From positions 186,001-250,000 of the forward strand of contig NIVC01000382.1 in NCBI GenBank assembly GCA_002269645.1: a stretch of DNA of 64,000 nt, in the 5' to 3' direction. The stretch's first letter is position 1; every line of letters starts with the position of its first letter. Source of the DNA: Macrostomum lignano. Taxonomy: Eukaryota. A model generated the notes under the pieces. It did no database searches. It was not told the DNA's origin and was given only the letters and a program-made list of their open reading frames with translations. The translations under genes were made by a program, and so were the position numbers. Below, one piece after another: positions 1-11,979 of this stretch.

Positions 1-1640
1 TCTTTAATGTTTGACATGGTGGCTTCTAATTGTTTGACATGGTGGCTCTTAGATGTTCAAAATGGTGGCTCTTTAATGTTCGAAATGGTGGCTCTTTTAT
101 GTTTGACATGGTGGCTCTTTAATGTTCGACATGGTGGCTCTTTAATGTTGGAAATGGTGGCTCTTAAATGTTCGACATGGTGGCTCTTTAATGTTTGACA
201 TGGTGGCTCTTAAATGTTTGACATGGTGGCTCTTTAATGTTCGACATGGTGGCTCTTTAATGTTCGAAATGGTGGCTCTTAAATGTTCGACATGGTGGCT
301 CTTTAATGTTTGACATGGTGGCTTCTAATTGTTTGACATGGTGGCTCTTAGATGTTCAAAATGGTGGCTCTTTAATGTTCGAAATGGTGGCTCTTTAATG
401 TTCGAAATGGTGGCTCTTTAATGTTCGAAATGGTGGCTCTTTTATGTTTGACATGGTGGCTCTTTTATGTTCGACATGGTGGCTCTTTTATGTTTGACAT
501 GGTGGCTCTTTTATGTTTGACATGGTGGCTCTTTAATGTTTGACATGGTGGCTTCTAATTGTTTGACATGGTGGCTCTTAGATGTTCAAAATGGTGGCTC
601 TTTAATGTTCGAAATGGTGGCTCTTTTATGTTTGACATGGTGGCTCTTTAATGTTCGACATGGTGGCTCTTTAATGTTGGAAATGGTGGCTCTTAAATGT
701 TCGACATGGTGGCTCTTTAATGTTTGACATGGTGGCTCTTAAATGTTTGACATGGTGGCTCTTTAATGTTCGACATGGTGGCTCTTTAATGTTCGAAATG
801 GTGGCTCTTAAATGTTCGACATGGTGGCTCTTTAATGTTTGACATGGTGGCTTCTAATTGTTTGACATGGTGGCTCTTAGATGTTCAAAATGGTGGCTCT
901 TTAATGTTCGAAATGGTGGCTCTTTAATGTTCGAAATGGTGGCTCTTTTATGTTTGACATGGTGGCTCTTTTATGTTTACATGGTGGCTCTTTTATGTTT
1001 GACATGGTGGCTCTTTTATGTTCGACAAAGTGGCTCTTTAATGTTTGACATGGTGGCTCTTAAATGTTTGACATGGTGGCTCTTTAATGTTCGACATGGT
1101 GGCTCTTTAATGTTCGAAATGGTGGCTCTTAAATGTTCGACATGGTGGCTCTTTAATGTTTGACATGGTGGCTTCTAATTGTTTGACATGGTGGCTCTTA
1201 GATGTTCAAAATGGTGGCTCTTTAATGTTCGAAATGGTGGCTCTTTAATGTTCGAAATGGTGGCTCTTTTATGTTTGACATGGTGGCTCTTTTATGTTTG
1301 ACATGGTGGCTCTTTTATGTTTGACATGGTGGCTCTTTTATGTTTGACATGGTGGCTCTTTTATGTTTGACATGGCGGCTCTTTTATGTTTGACATGGTG
1401 GCTCTTTTATGTTTGACAGGGTGGCTCTTAAATGTTTGACATGGTGGCTCCTTAATCTTTGACATGGAACCTTCTAAATGTTTGACATGGTGGCTCTTTA
1501 ATGTTCTTCATGGTGGCTCTTCAATATTCTACATGGTGGCTCTTTAATGTTCGACATGGTGGCTCTTCTATGTTTGATATGGTTACTCTTTTATGTTCGA
1601 TATGTTGGTTCTTCTATGTTTGACATTGCGCTTCTTTGAT
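1..1640. repeat. 23-bp tandem satellite (consensus about TCTTTAATGTTTGACATGGTGGC) with higher-order repeats, degenerating rightwards
   Basis: Unit counted directly. The variant TTCTAATT recurs at 24, 323, 553, 852 and 1173 (spacings 299, 230, 299, 321). The ORFs at 7..198, 536..727 and 858..1163 are repeat artefacts. Confidence 0.97.
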
Positions 1641-2420
1641 GTTTAGCAGTTTTGTTGTGTTTTTAAGGTGTTTTAATAAATAAAATCTTTTTGCACTACT
1701 AAGATTCGAACCCAGGTTGCTACATTAGCATTCCAGTCTGTTCGCATCAGGGCTATCTCTTTTCAATTGGAGAACATGAATTGTGGCCCTTATAATTCAA
1801 TTCTTACAGCAAGTCAATTGGAGTAAAAAGTTATGACATAATCAATTTCTCAGTCAGCCAGTATCAGTCTCAATTCAAGTTAGCAATATGGTTACGCAAT
1901 TTAAATCAAGTCGTGTGTGCATTTCTTCGGCACTGTTTTCAACTTGTTGTGATGCAATCTTTATCACAATCGGAATTCAGTCAGTCAGTTTTTTCTCTAG
2001 CATTCTTACAATGCATTTCAAATCGAAAATTTGGCTTGACCTTTGCAAAAAAGCATGTTTTTCGAATATTTAATCCCTTTAACATTGAGCAATTTCTTAG
2101 CCAAGATGCATGTACCGTCCCAGGAAAATTTCTGATTGAATGGTGCAAGTTTGAAGAAAATCGGTTCAGCCAATTTTTCTGAAATCTATCGCATAGCTAC
2201 AGACATTTCATTTTTAGTATATGGGATTTTATGGGGTAGAAAATGAGTAAGACTGGAACAACAAAAGAGTCTCAGACACAAAAGAAGGCTGACTCAGCTT
2301 GAGCACAATCGCAAAGAGATGGTTTATATTTTTAAGCTCGCGCTAATTCCTGACAATACAGGAATTCCTGACAATTCCTGACATTACAGGAATTCCTGAC
2401 AATACAGAAAAGTCTACTAT

Positions 2421-3250
2421 TCAAAAACGAAGATTTCGAAACAGCGGCAAGTCATTGCTGAGAAGCTCATCATCATCCTCTTCCATTTCCGTCACGTCAG
2501 ATCGTCCTGAAGCACTTGCAACATGTGATCGTCTTGGTGAAGTTGAAGCGTCATCTTGCACACCAGAGCCTCCACTAAATGCTGGAAGTGGATCTTCTTC
2601 AAGCAGGCTTGCAAAGTTGGCGTTCTCATCACAACGGCGCTCAATAGCCGACTTGAATTTCATGATGGTATCCATGGAGTATGATGAGCAGAGTAGACCA
2701 CGATATCGCGATGCAAACTTTGCAAAGTTGGCTAGACGTTCGGTGTACTTGATGGCTATCTTGAGTTTGATAGCGATGGCGGCTAGAGCCAGACTTCTCT
2801 TTTGTTGTAGATAGATGATCAGACGTCCTTGGGCAAAGTTGGCTAGACATTTGTTGATATCTAAATCCTCAACTAGTTGAACTAAATCCTTAAACCGGGT
2901 CTGAATCTCGGAATCTTCCAAATCCTCGCTGTCATCAATCGGCCGAAGATCCTCAAGTCCATCGAACCGTGTTTTAACAACAACATCATTGCGAAGATTC
3001 TCCTCTATTTTCGCTTGTAGCCGTTAAAGGAATCGGCGAACTTCCTCATTCTTGTCGATTTCTTTCTCTTTCTTCTTAGCTTTCTTCGTCTTTTCACTAA
3101 AGGCTCGATCTAGTTTCTCAGAAGATTTCAAAAGAGCTCGGCGCTCCTCATCAGATAGTTTAGTAAGTTCTATCGTTAAAGATCTTTGGTCTCGTTTTGA
3201 TACTTCACTAAATAATTTGGCAATTTCAATAGCGTTATCAATTCTGTAGT
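2421..3250 (-). pseudogene. Unknown helical protein gene remnant of about 275 codons with one in-frame stop
   Basis: The 166-aa ORF 2421..2921 continues upstream in frame (IDNAIEIAKLFSEVSKRDQRSL...EEVRRFL*RLQAKIEENL...) through a single TAA at 3024-3026. A TATATAA lies upstream on the minus strand near 3327-3333. Family not recognised. Confidence 0.5.
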
Positions 3251-4285
3251 ATAATCCTAAATTATAGTGTGTCAGTCTAATCTTGCGAAATGATAAGACG
3301 AGTAAAACAGCTTTGCGTCTGGTTATATAGTAATGCTTTTAATTGTTAGATTCGTGCTGCAGCTTGTGAGCTTGAAAAAGGGTTTGTGTGGGTGTAGTAA
3401 CGGCATTGTGCTACCTACTCCACTCAGTCTAAAATTTCGATTCATTGTTGCAGTCTGCGCGCGGGCTTAGAGTGGTACTGTGTGTTGTATTGTTTGGTTT
3501 GTTTGCTACCTCCCTACTGAGCTCACCTGCGAAATTTTATGAGGGTATATGAAGTTCTGGGTATTTTCCAAATGGGTGCTAGTTTTGTTATAGCTGACTG
3601 AATATCTAAAGCATTTCCTAGAAATAATGGTTTTTTGAAGGCCATTTTGTATATACATAATTTACTATTGTAAAATTGTATTGAATTGACCCGTGAATCC
3701 AACTTTTCTCATGGTTTTAGAGCTGGAATCACGAAAATTGCACATTTTCAAAATTTTTGAAAATCACAAAAAATTGGTGTTTTCAGATCATTTTCACCTG
3801 TTTTAAGTCATTTTTACTTATTTTGAGTGATTTTCAAAATGAGTGAGGGCATGAGGGAGAGGGCACCCTCCTTTTTTAAAAGTATAAAGAGTCTGAAAAA
3901 GCTGTGTTCTGTGAAATATTTCACATGCCAATGCCCCCACATGCCCTCACCCTCAACACCCTCACACAAGATATATATAGATATATATAAGAAATATATA
4001 TATACTTATCACACACACCTTGCAACACTGACCTCCTGGTAGTAGTAGTATTTAGCAGCTTGCGAAAACGAAGTAAGTTGCAAGCGAGAAAAGTGAAAGT
4101 TTATTTGCTTTACGCGGTAAGTATAAATAAGCACGCGATCACATGGGGAGGTGCGCCAAAAAGGTGGAACGATTGAAGGCCAACCCCCCCCCCGACTTAG
4201 CATACTGACTGTCTGTCTGGCGGGCAGGGGGTTTCAGTGCAGATGTACTCGCAATCGCTGGCTGCATGCTGATTGGGCCGCCACA

Positions 4286-4372
4286 AGTATGATATAAGGG
4301 GCTGAGTCATCCAGCGAGCTGGCGCGCAATGCGCTCGAGCAATAAGTGTGGCGCAGCCCCTTATATCATACT
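4286..4372. promoter_or_regulatory. Perfect 19-bp inverted repeat containing TATA-like boxes, with nearby CCAAT and AP-1 motifs
   Basis: AGTATGATATAAGGGGCTG at 4286-4304 and its reverse complement at 4354-4372. GATTGG at 4271-4276 and TGAGTCA at 4303-4309. Function is inferred only. Confidence 0.5.
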
Positions 4373-4380
4373 ACTACTTC

Positions 4381-4465
4381 TATCGCTAAACGCTTTATCG
4401 CTAAACGCTCTAATCGCTAAACGCTCTAATCGCTAAACGCTCTAATCGCTAAACGCTCTATTGCT
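4381..4465. repeat. 16-bp minisatellite (ATCGCTAAACGCTCTA), about 5 copies
   Basis: Directly visible. Confidence 0.9.
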
Positions 4466-4792
4466 AATAAATAAGACTGTATAAATATATTCAATAATAC
4501 TGTATATCGTGTAAATGTGCGATTTGTTCCTTTAACTAGGCTTTCGAACCTGCGTGTGCATAGTGCCTGTACTGGCTTCTACTATGATAGTAAAATTTAA
4601 AAAAGAAAAACAAGAAAGACAGACAGAAAGTCATAATCGAACATTTTAACTGGAACATGCCACGATAATTTTAAGCTGGCCGCAGTCTGAAAAGACATAG
4701 TGCATGTATTTTCTTTCCCTCCTTTTGCATCCGGGCTTCGGACCGGCAACGACGGAGTTAAAAGATATCGCCTTGAAGAAGGTACTTTAATT

Positions 4793-5331
4793 TTAGTCAT
4801 AGAGCAGTGAGATCAGGGCACTATAAGTGTCAGTTTCACGGAAAACCAGCCCCTGACTCGACAGCTCAGAGACACCAACTGCGGGTGGTTTGCGCCGCGG
4901 CGGCACAGCTGGCGCACCCACCGGTGCAGCAGGCGCTGGCAGTGGTGTCGCAACAGCGAGAGCACTCTCTGCGGCGAGGGCTCTAGCCTCCCTGTGCTCT
5001 CGCACGGCCTTCTCTGCCTGCAGCCTCTGCTGGAAATCTATAGCCTGGTTCTGCCACCACTGGCTGTACTGCACTTACGAAAAAAAGCACGAACGCTAGT
5101 AGTCAGCATCCGACTTCCAGCAGGTGGCTGGGCTACAGCAGGCGGCCGGGCTGCAGCAGGTGGCCGGGCTGCAGCAGGAGCTGCAGGAGATGCAGCCGGT
5201 GCCGGGTCTGCAACAGGTGGCGAGGCTGCAGCTGGCACCGGCCGACTTTTCTTAAAGATGCGCTGCATCAGTGCTGAAAATGAACAGAACTTGTGATCTT
5301 TAAAGAAAAAAATGATTGAAAGCCAAGGCAA
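4793..5331 (-). pseudogene. Ala/Pro-rich and coiled-coil ORF fragments, product unknown
   Basis: Overlapping ORFs 5038..5331 and 4793..5074 in different frames, low complexity. Could be a frameshifted or spliced remnant. Confidence 0.25.
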
Positions 5332-5479
5332 ACAGCTGTTTATTATTTGCTCCTATTATTAAGAAATACTAAATAAGAAGTGTAGTCTCAATTAAAAAAG
5401 TCTCGAGTCTTTTCCTTTATTGGCTTGCCCCCTATATCCCCTTCTCCCCCTTCACTTTACCCCCATCATCATCAGATCG

Positions 5480-5815
5480 ATTGACACTATATTGACACTA
5501 TATTGACACTATAAAGTCTGCATTGGTGTCACAATTCTATTTATTGACATAATGACGTCAGCAGGCGTGTCCGACACTGCTACAAACACTCTTTACGTCT
5601 GCAAGCGTGTGTGACACTGCAATAAGCACTATGACGTCTGCAGGCCTGTCTGAATCTGCCACAGACACTATTACGTCTGCAAGCGTGTCCGACACTGCTA
5701 AAACACAATAACGTCTGCAAGCGTGTCTGACATTGCAATTGACACTATGACGTCTGCAAGCACGTCTGACACTAAAATTGACACTATTATGTCTGCAGGC
5801 TTGTCTGCAGGCTTG
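5480..5815. repeat. Degenerate tandem repeats (11-bp ATTGACACTAT, then an about 39-bp ACGTCTGCAAGCGTGTCTGACAC... unit)
   Basis: Directly visible. Confidence 0.85.
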
Positions 5816-6431
5816 GCGTGACAGCGAGTCAAAATCTAGTGGGGCAATGTGATTTTCGAAATTTATTTTTCATGTGAAAAAATTAAGTTTTCAAAATTTC
5901 TACCTCAGGCTTCACTTTGATCCTATAACTGCACCTGGTCAGGTGAAGTCAGCTCACCAATACACCTCTGAAGAGACCCAACCGCAATCTATAGAACAAT
6001 CCCAAGCCTTTGACTTTGTCAAAGTCAAAGGTTACATATTTCTTTAAATCGCCAGAACTTTCTCCCGAGGCCATCTAGTGTCTTTTGCCGCACTGCCCCA
6101 GGAGCACGCACTTTTCCAGATAGTGGTTTCCGCACTCCTCTAGCTCCTCTAGCTCCACTGCTGCATCAGACTCGAGTCCGCGGAGTCGCCGCCAAAGAGT
6201 CGCCGAAAATGAAGAGTGGAATTAATGTGTTCATCCACATGCTAAACAAATAAACAATGCTAAGAACAACAGGCTTTCATTTTTACTCTAAAACTCTACC
6301 GGCAGTTAAAAGCCATAGACCTTTATAGAGCCATATACAGTGTTTCTACCAATTCCCAGTATACATGCCCAAGTATATATGTATACATTGTATCACGCTG
6401 GCGCGCGTTAGATGCACGATTTACTGTGCGT

Positions 6432-7160
6432 CTAATGTAGGTGTCTATGGCAATTTTCTATCTGAGTAAAGGCAACAAGCGTGCGTCTAACGCGTGCGTG
6501 TAATGCACGGAAAGTGAGTAGCACCTCTGGAGATTTCCGATCGAAGTAGTCAGACAGCCTCTTCAGATCAACAGGCTCGATCGATTGGAAGTTTCGGGCG
6601 TGTCCGCCTCGGGCAATGAAGATTCTGCCCATTGACTTCAGTGTCGTATTGGAAGCATAGAATGCGTCGTCAGTTAGAATATTGATTCGCCTTGTCGACA
6701 TGAAATGCCGGTAGAGCGCAGCTCGGATACAAATCAACGTGGCTGGAGCAAAGTATTCGCCATTCCTCTTGCGAAGTGAGCCATAGAAGTATCGCAATAG
6801 ACTGTCGATCTCGCGCGGTGTAGAAGTCGCCAAATCACGCTGAACTGACGGATGGTTCTCCATGAAGCTCTGCAACTTACCGACATAATATTCGGTAGCC
6901 TTTGTCACACTTTTACTAGCAGCGGTGTCCTCGATTTCGGAAACGAGCTGTTCCAATTCAAGTAGTTCAGCTTCTTCGTCAGGTATCTTCTTGAAAAGTG
7001 CCTCCAGAAGATCCTCCTCTTCTCGATCAATTGCCGACTCCGGTAGATTATCAGGCTCGTTCAGAATGTCGTCAATCTCATTGGTGGACAAGCCGGAAAT
7101 CATTTCGTTTGGAAATTTGCTCAGATTCAGAAGTCTGACTTTAGTTGGTGGCTCAGCCAT
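6432..7160 (-). mobile_element. Crypton-like tyrosine recombinase, N-terminal/core-binding part only; catalytic domain missing
   Basis: LLRYFYGSLRKRNGEYFAPATLICIRAALYRHF...FQSIEPVDLKRLSDYFDRKSPEVL parallels the locus at 22-23.7 kb and Crypton/DUF3504-type proteins. Similarity stops near 6515. TGTCTATGG direct repeats at 6442-6450 and 7247-7255. Confidence 0.8.
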
Positions 7161-7326
7161 ATTCTCTCACAAGTGATTTTAATTTAACAGCTTCTTATTC
7201 CCTTCTTCGCAACACTCAATCAACTTGCGTGCCTTTCACGCATTTTTGTCTATGGTTAAGACAAATTAACTGAGCGTGCATCTAACGCGCCATCTAAAGT
7301 ATTAAGCCAACGTAATACAATGCAAC

Positions 7327-7414
7327 TCATACATCGATTTTGCGTGCTTAAATGGTCTATGCACGAGTGCGCACTCGTGCATAGACCATTTAAGCACAAA
7401 AAATCGATGTATGA
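7327..7414. repeat. 88-bp loopless palindrome with 2 mismatches
   Basis: The 44-bp arms 7327-7370 and 7371-7414 are reverse complements centred on GCACGAGTGC|GCACTCGTGC. Both arms contain GTCTATG/CATAGAC. Confidence 0.95.
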
Positions 7415-7429
7415 ATCCTACATTCATCG

Positions 7430-7550
7430 TCCTCACTCTACCCCTCTTCTCCTCACTCTACCCCTCACCTTCTAACTCTACCCTTCTCCTCCTCACTCTA
7501 CCCCTCTCCTCCTCACTCTACGCCCTCCTCCTCACTCTACCCCTCACTCT
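7430..7550. repeat. CT-rich minisatellite (CTCACTCTACCCCTCTCCT), with related copies at about 7840-7885
   Basis: Directly visible. Confidence 0.85.
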
Positions 7551-8399
7551 ACTGGAAGTTGAGTAGACATTCCAATGATTGCCGATAGTCACTCAATGAG
7601 ATGATATAAAAATCGTTGGGCAGCGTTTCCTCCAAATAGAATTCAGACAAACGTGGTGAGAATTCCACAGTCATTACTATGGACACTAAGTCCAGGACCG
7701 ATAGTTGCAGTCGCCACGGGCCTTCTTTCAACATTTCACGGTACGCAATAAAGCGCAGATAAAGGATTGAGAACAGAGACTGTTCGAATTTGCAGCCGCG
7801 TTGCATGCGCGTTAAACGTTGCGCGTTGCACCCTCCCCCTCTCACTCTACCCTCTCGCTCTCGCTCACTCTACTCTACTCGCCTCTTCCATTTAAATCCC
7901 ATTTCTCAATCAAAGGATCAAAATTGGAGCTTGCACTCTATTGAATTACAAATATTGCGCGCACCTTATTTGTAATTAATTGCACAGAGCAGACAAAGCG
8001 CAGTTTTTTTCGCAGGTAGATAAAAATAGAGAAAAAAGACAAAATTGTGTAATAATAGAGTGATAGAGTGGTAAATAGTGAGCGAGTGCATAAGGATAAC
8101 AGCGAAATTGACAACGGGAACACAAGTCAACAGGTTAACACTGAGCGTATGAAAACGTAAGAAAAGCAAACATTGAAAAATAGCACTCTCCGGCCAATTG
8201 AAAACAGAAAAACACCTGGACAGCTTGCAACAATTCAACAATGCTTAAAAAGAGCGTAAACTAAAATTTAAGGTTTAGATCCCGCTGTTGCTCCCGCTAT
8301 CACTTCCGCTATCGCTATCGCTTCTGCTATCGCTATCGCTATCGCTACCGCTAGTTCGGATTTAATTATTCTCGAACCCAACCTCGAAGGTGCAGCAAA

Positions 8400-10000
8400 G
8401 TGCTACACATAGTTCGCATGCACAGGATTTGCATGGGGAGAAAGTTTATTTGCCTGAACCAGAGGGGCCGAAGATCAAACCAATCTTGTTTTCGTGCGAG
8501 GTGAGCTTAGACAGAAGATCGGTGGACACTGGATCACTGGATCCTGCAGAATAAAAGAATGTTGTGAGATCAAGCTACAGCCCGGCGCAGTAGCATTACG
8601 ATAAGAGCATGAATTTGCTATAAATATATATATGCGGCACAATCTCCGACTCACCTTTTCCTGGCGACGCAGTCAGGGTTCAGGAAGTTGCTTCTGCAAC
8701 TATCTAGCAGTACTAAGGGTATTTGGCTATCTGAGTCCATATTGTAGTCACATTGCACCAGTGTCCACAATGAAGCCAATTCCGGCATGGCGCCTATGCA
8801 GACCTGCGGCAAAATTGTGGGAGATTTCACTTTCAAGTCAAAGATGCTGCAGGTAGTCGAGCGACACGGCTGAAATGTCTGCAGCACGAATACGAGTTGA
8901 CAACGCTTCAATCCGAGAGTTTGAACCAACTTGTCGGCAACAGTTTGAAACAGCTTCTAGCGAAAAAACACTGGAAGTGAAATCCTGGTATACCACGAAC
9001 TTACTTTGTAATTCGGTGGCTGGATGACCAAATTAATTTGGCAGATCTCTATTCCATTTGGAAAGGCAATGCGCAACAGAGCAGCGACAACTACTCTGTA
9101 CCTTCTGCTGCTTCTAGCATAGGCGACTCGATTGTACGTTGCTTGCTTCTTGCCGCTTTGCAATGGAAAGGAGTCTTCCTCGGAATTTTCGACTTCCGAA
9201 TCCAAGTCTTTTTGCTTGTCATTTAGGAGCTGTAAATTTTTGCAGAACCAGTCACCTGATGCTGCATGCGACCTCTGAATTCCTCTTCTAAAAGTAATAT
9301 GCGGTTGCGATCGGACATACATCACATCTCTTTTCACAGTTATGTGATACACTTCGACAGATCTTTTGCTGTTGCCAGTCTTTTACTATGCTTTGTCCAC
9401 TAAAGAATCGCTGTTAGTCAGTCATGAGGCCACGGCAGAACAGAAACTATGCGTAAAAATTCACGACCTTTTAGCCGATTTTCATTAAGATGCGCATTGA
9501 GCTTCACGATCGGTAGCAAGCTGCATTGCCTCGCTCGAAGATCTGCTGCGCATCACTGTAAAAGCGGGAGGATAAGCGAATCTTTATCCGACTCAATATC
9601 TTCCAGAGCGTTCATTTCGTCGCCTTGCATGGGCTCGTTATCACCAATATCGGAAGCCTCCATCATCAGTGCCTCGACTGGTAGCATGGCCTTCTTTGCA
9701 GCGCGATTGAACAGAAGATGAAGAATGTTATAAAGATTCGCCAGACCTTTCCCCTAAATGGTGCTTGCAACAATCCGCGCAAACAAATTAAGGTACAATG
9801 CTTCCTCTGAAGACATGCGCCGCACACTTCTTGCCAATTCCAAAGCTCAATGATAATGAATTTTGCTACAAGGCAATGACGGTGCGCTGTTGCACCTGTT
9901 TTTTTAGTTTTTTTTTCAGAAAACTGGGGGTTTGATTCGTTCACAGCCTTGATTCGTACTAAACTGTGCACCTGTTGCAAACGTACTTGCATTAACCTCA
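8400..10000 (-). pseudogene. Heavily decayed, probably spliced gene containing a P-loop Walker A motif
   Basis: The minus strand reads KIGLIFGPSGSGK* (motif at 8449-8469), just after a TTCTGCAG acceptor near 8545 and a GTGAGT donor near 8655. Upstream reading-frame fragments contain many stops. Confidence 0.35.
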
Positions 10001-10719
10001 TAATTCCACTCTGTCCATTGTCTGATTCACAGCGCGATCAGAAAATACAAGCTATTTTTCGGGCTGCCATTAACATTAAAATGACTTTTAAATGGTTGAA
10101 AAAATGTTGCTATTGGATGTTAAAATAACGTTATTAAAGATTTTTAGACGCTGATGGCCAACTTTGTGATTTTGTGTTTTTCAAGTGACCTAGCCATTTT
10201 ACATAGAAGATCCGTATCCTCCTCCGTGTCCGCATCACCGTCTTCAGAACCACTCAAACTTGCCAAAGACTCAAGAGCTGCGGCACCAGTCTGGTTTCCA
10301 GACAGCAACTTTTCGTTCTGCTTTCTGACTCGAGTGCGTGTGTGCCTTAAATGATCGAAGACTGCGTCCTCGGTCGTTATTTTCGTGCTTTCACGGAAGG
10401 CGCCATACGTTGCAGCTTCTGTTCCAGAATTATTAGATTGATAATACTATAATAATGCTCTTATACTATATAGGCACGTGAGTATGCGCAAAAGTCTTAC
10501 AATGACCACTGTATATATGCTTAAGCTCAATTGGGCTCCAGAAGTGTTTTTAAACTTTTTCAATGGTGTATTAGAACCAATGCTTTGCATAAATCCTCAT
10601 GGAATTTAATAGGCTCTGTAAAGATAGTATGATTGATTAGGCAAAATAGAATTTTGCTTTTTACTCAATATCATGGCGGCAATTCAGTAATAAATTAAAT
10701 AAATACTTAATGTGTACCG

Positions 10720-10980
10720 AAAAGTGCACTGAATGCCGCGTTTAATTTTGTATTCAAATTTATTGTGAATAATATTTATAACAAATTAATACTGTATTGG
10801 ATTAAAATTTCTCACAATAAGTTGAGTGCCACAACTCATGTATCAGCATGAATTTTAGATGTGAAAATTTTCATGGTAGACGAAGTGACCAAATTGGTAG
10901 ACGAAATGACTTTATATGAAAAATACCAGACGAAATCACCGTCAACCAATATATACTAGGCCTTGTGATATAAAAAGGCC
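10720..10980. repeat. Dispersed AT-rich repeat; a diverged inverted copy lies at about 25130-25420
   Basis: AAGTGCACTGAATGCCGCGTTTAATT...TACTAGGCCTTGT matches the reverse complement of the 25130-25420 segment with scattered substitutions. Confidence 0.85.
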
Positions 10981-11979
10981 GAGCTTTGTTTATCTTATTT
11001 TTATTTCTAAGCAATGATCATACTTTCAAAACAAACATATTGGCACCAAAACACAAATAAACCATAGAAACGCAATATTGAAGACGTTTACCATTAAGCC
11101 TTTAGGCCACAATTTAGTAATAAATAAAATAAAATAAATAATAATGTGTACTGCAATGCAAACGTAATGGCACTAAAACACATAAACAATAATGTAAAAC
11201 GTTTAACATTAGGCCTAACGGCAGCAATTCAGTAAGAATTAATTAAGTACTCGTAAAATGTGCACTGTATTGTACACGTAATGACTGCAACACAAAATCA
11301 TTTTAGCAACTCTCTCTAGCTATATCATCGATCGATTATTTCTTTTAAATATACTTTGGTTAAGTCCAAAAAAACTTGGGGTCCAAGTCCAAGACTCAAT
11401 TCCATGCTTGATTAGGACGTGGGACAGGTTCTGAATTTTTTAATTCCTAATGTCCAGATGCATAGAGATTAGTATATTTTATCGAGAATACATGTTGTTT
11501 ACTTACGTCGGTAAAAATTGTAAGGGAATGTCAACTACCACTTGAAATAGCAAATACGATGAAAAAGTATTTCAAAATGCCCTGAAATGGCATAACAGCT
11601 GCTAAACTGTTTTCCTGGCAAGCAAAAGAACAAAACATAGCAGAAAATCGGTGCAATTATTATATTCAGTCGCGCTCAAACTCGCTGCATAAGGGAATTA
11701 GACAAATGTACTTGAATCAATCAGCTTGATTGGCACAGCTATACAGGGACGCAAAATTTCGCTTAGAAAAATTACATTTCATAACTGTTGGCATTCACAT
11801 CAACCTTAATATATGATAACTTTATTAAACTTTGAATGCAGTGTAGAACGCCATTCAGATAAATATGCTTCATCATTTCAATCAGTAGTACACATTAAAT
11901 TGATCTAAGAGTGAACCAATTGGATGCAAGATGCGCACTCCCTCTCACTTGAGTTGCATTTGTCAGCGGTGACGTCAAC

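Noticed and set aside
7-1163. ORFs 7..198, 536..727 and 858..1163 as proteins
   Set aside because: They are translations of the 23-bp satellite.
2455-2814. Antisense shadow ORFs here and at 6925, 20472, 29150, 50957, 59797 and elsewhere
   Set aside because: They lie opposite recognisable coding sequence and show no independent motifs.
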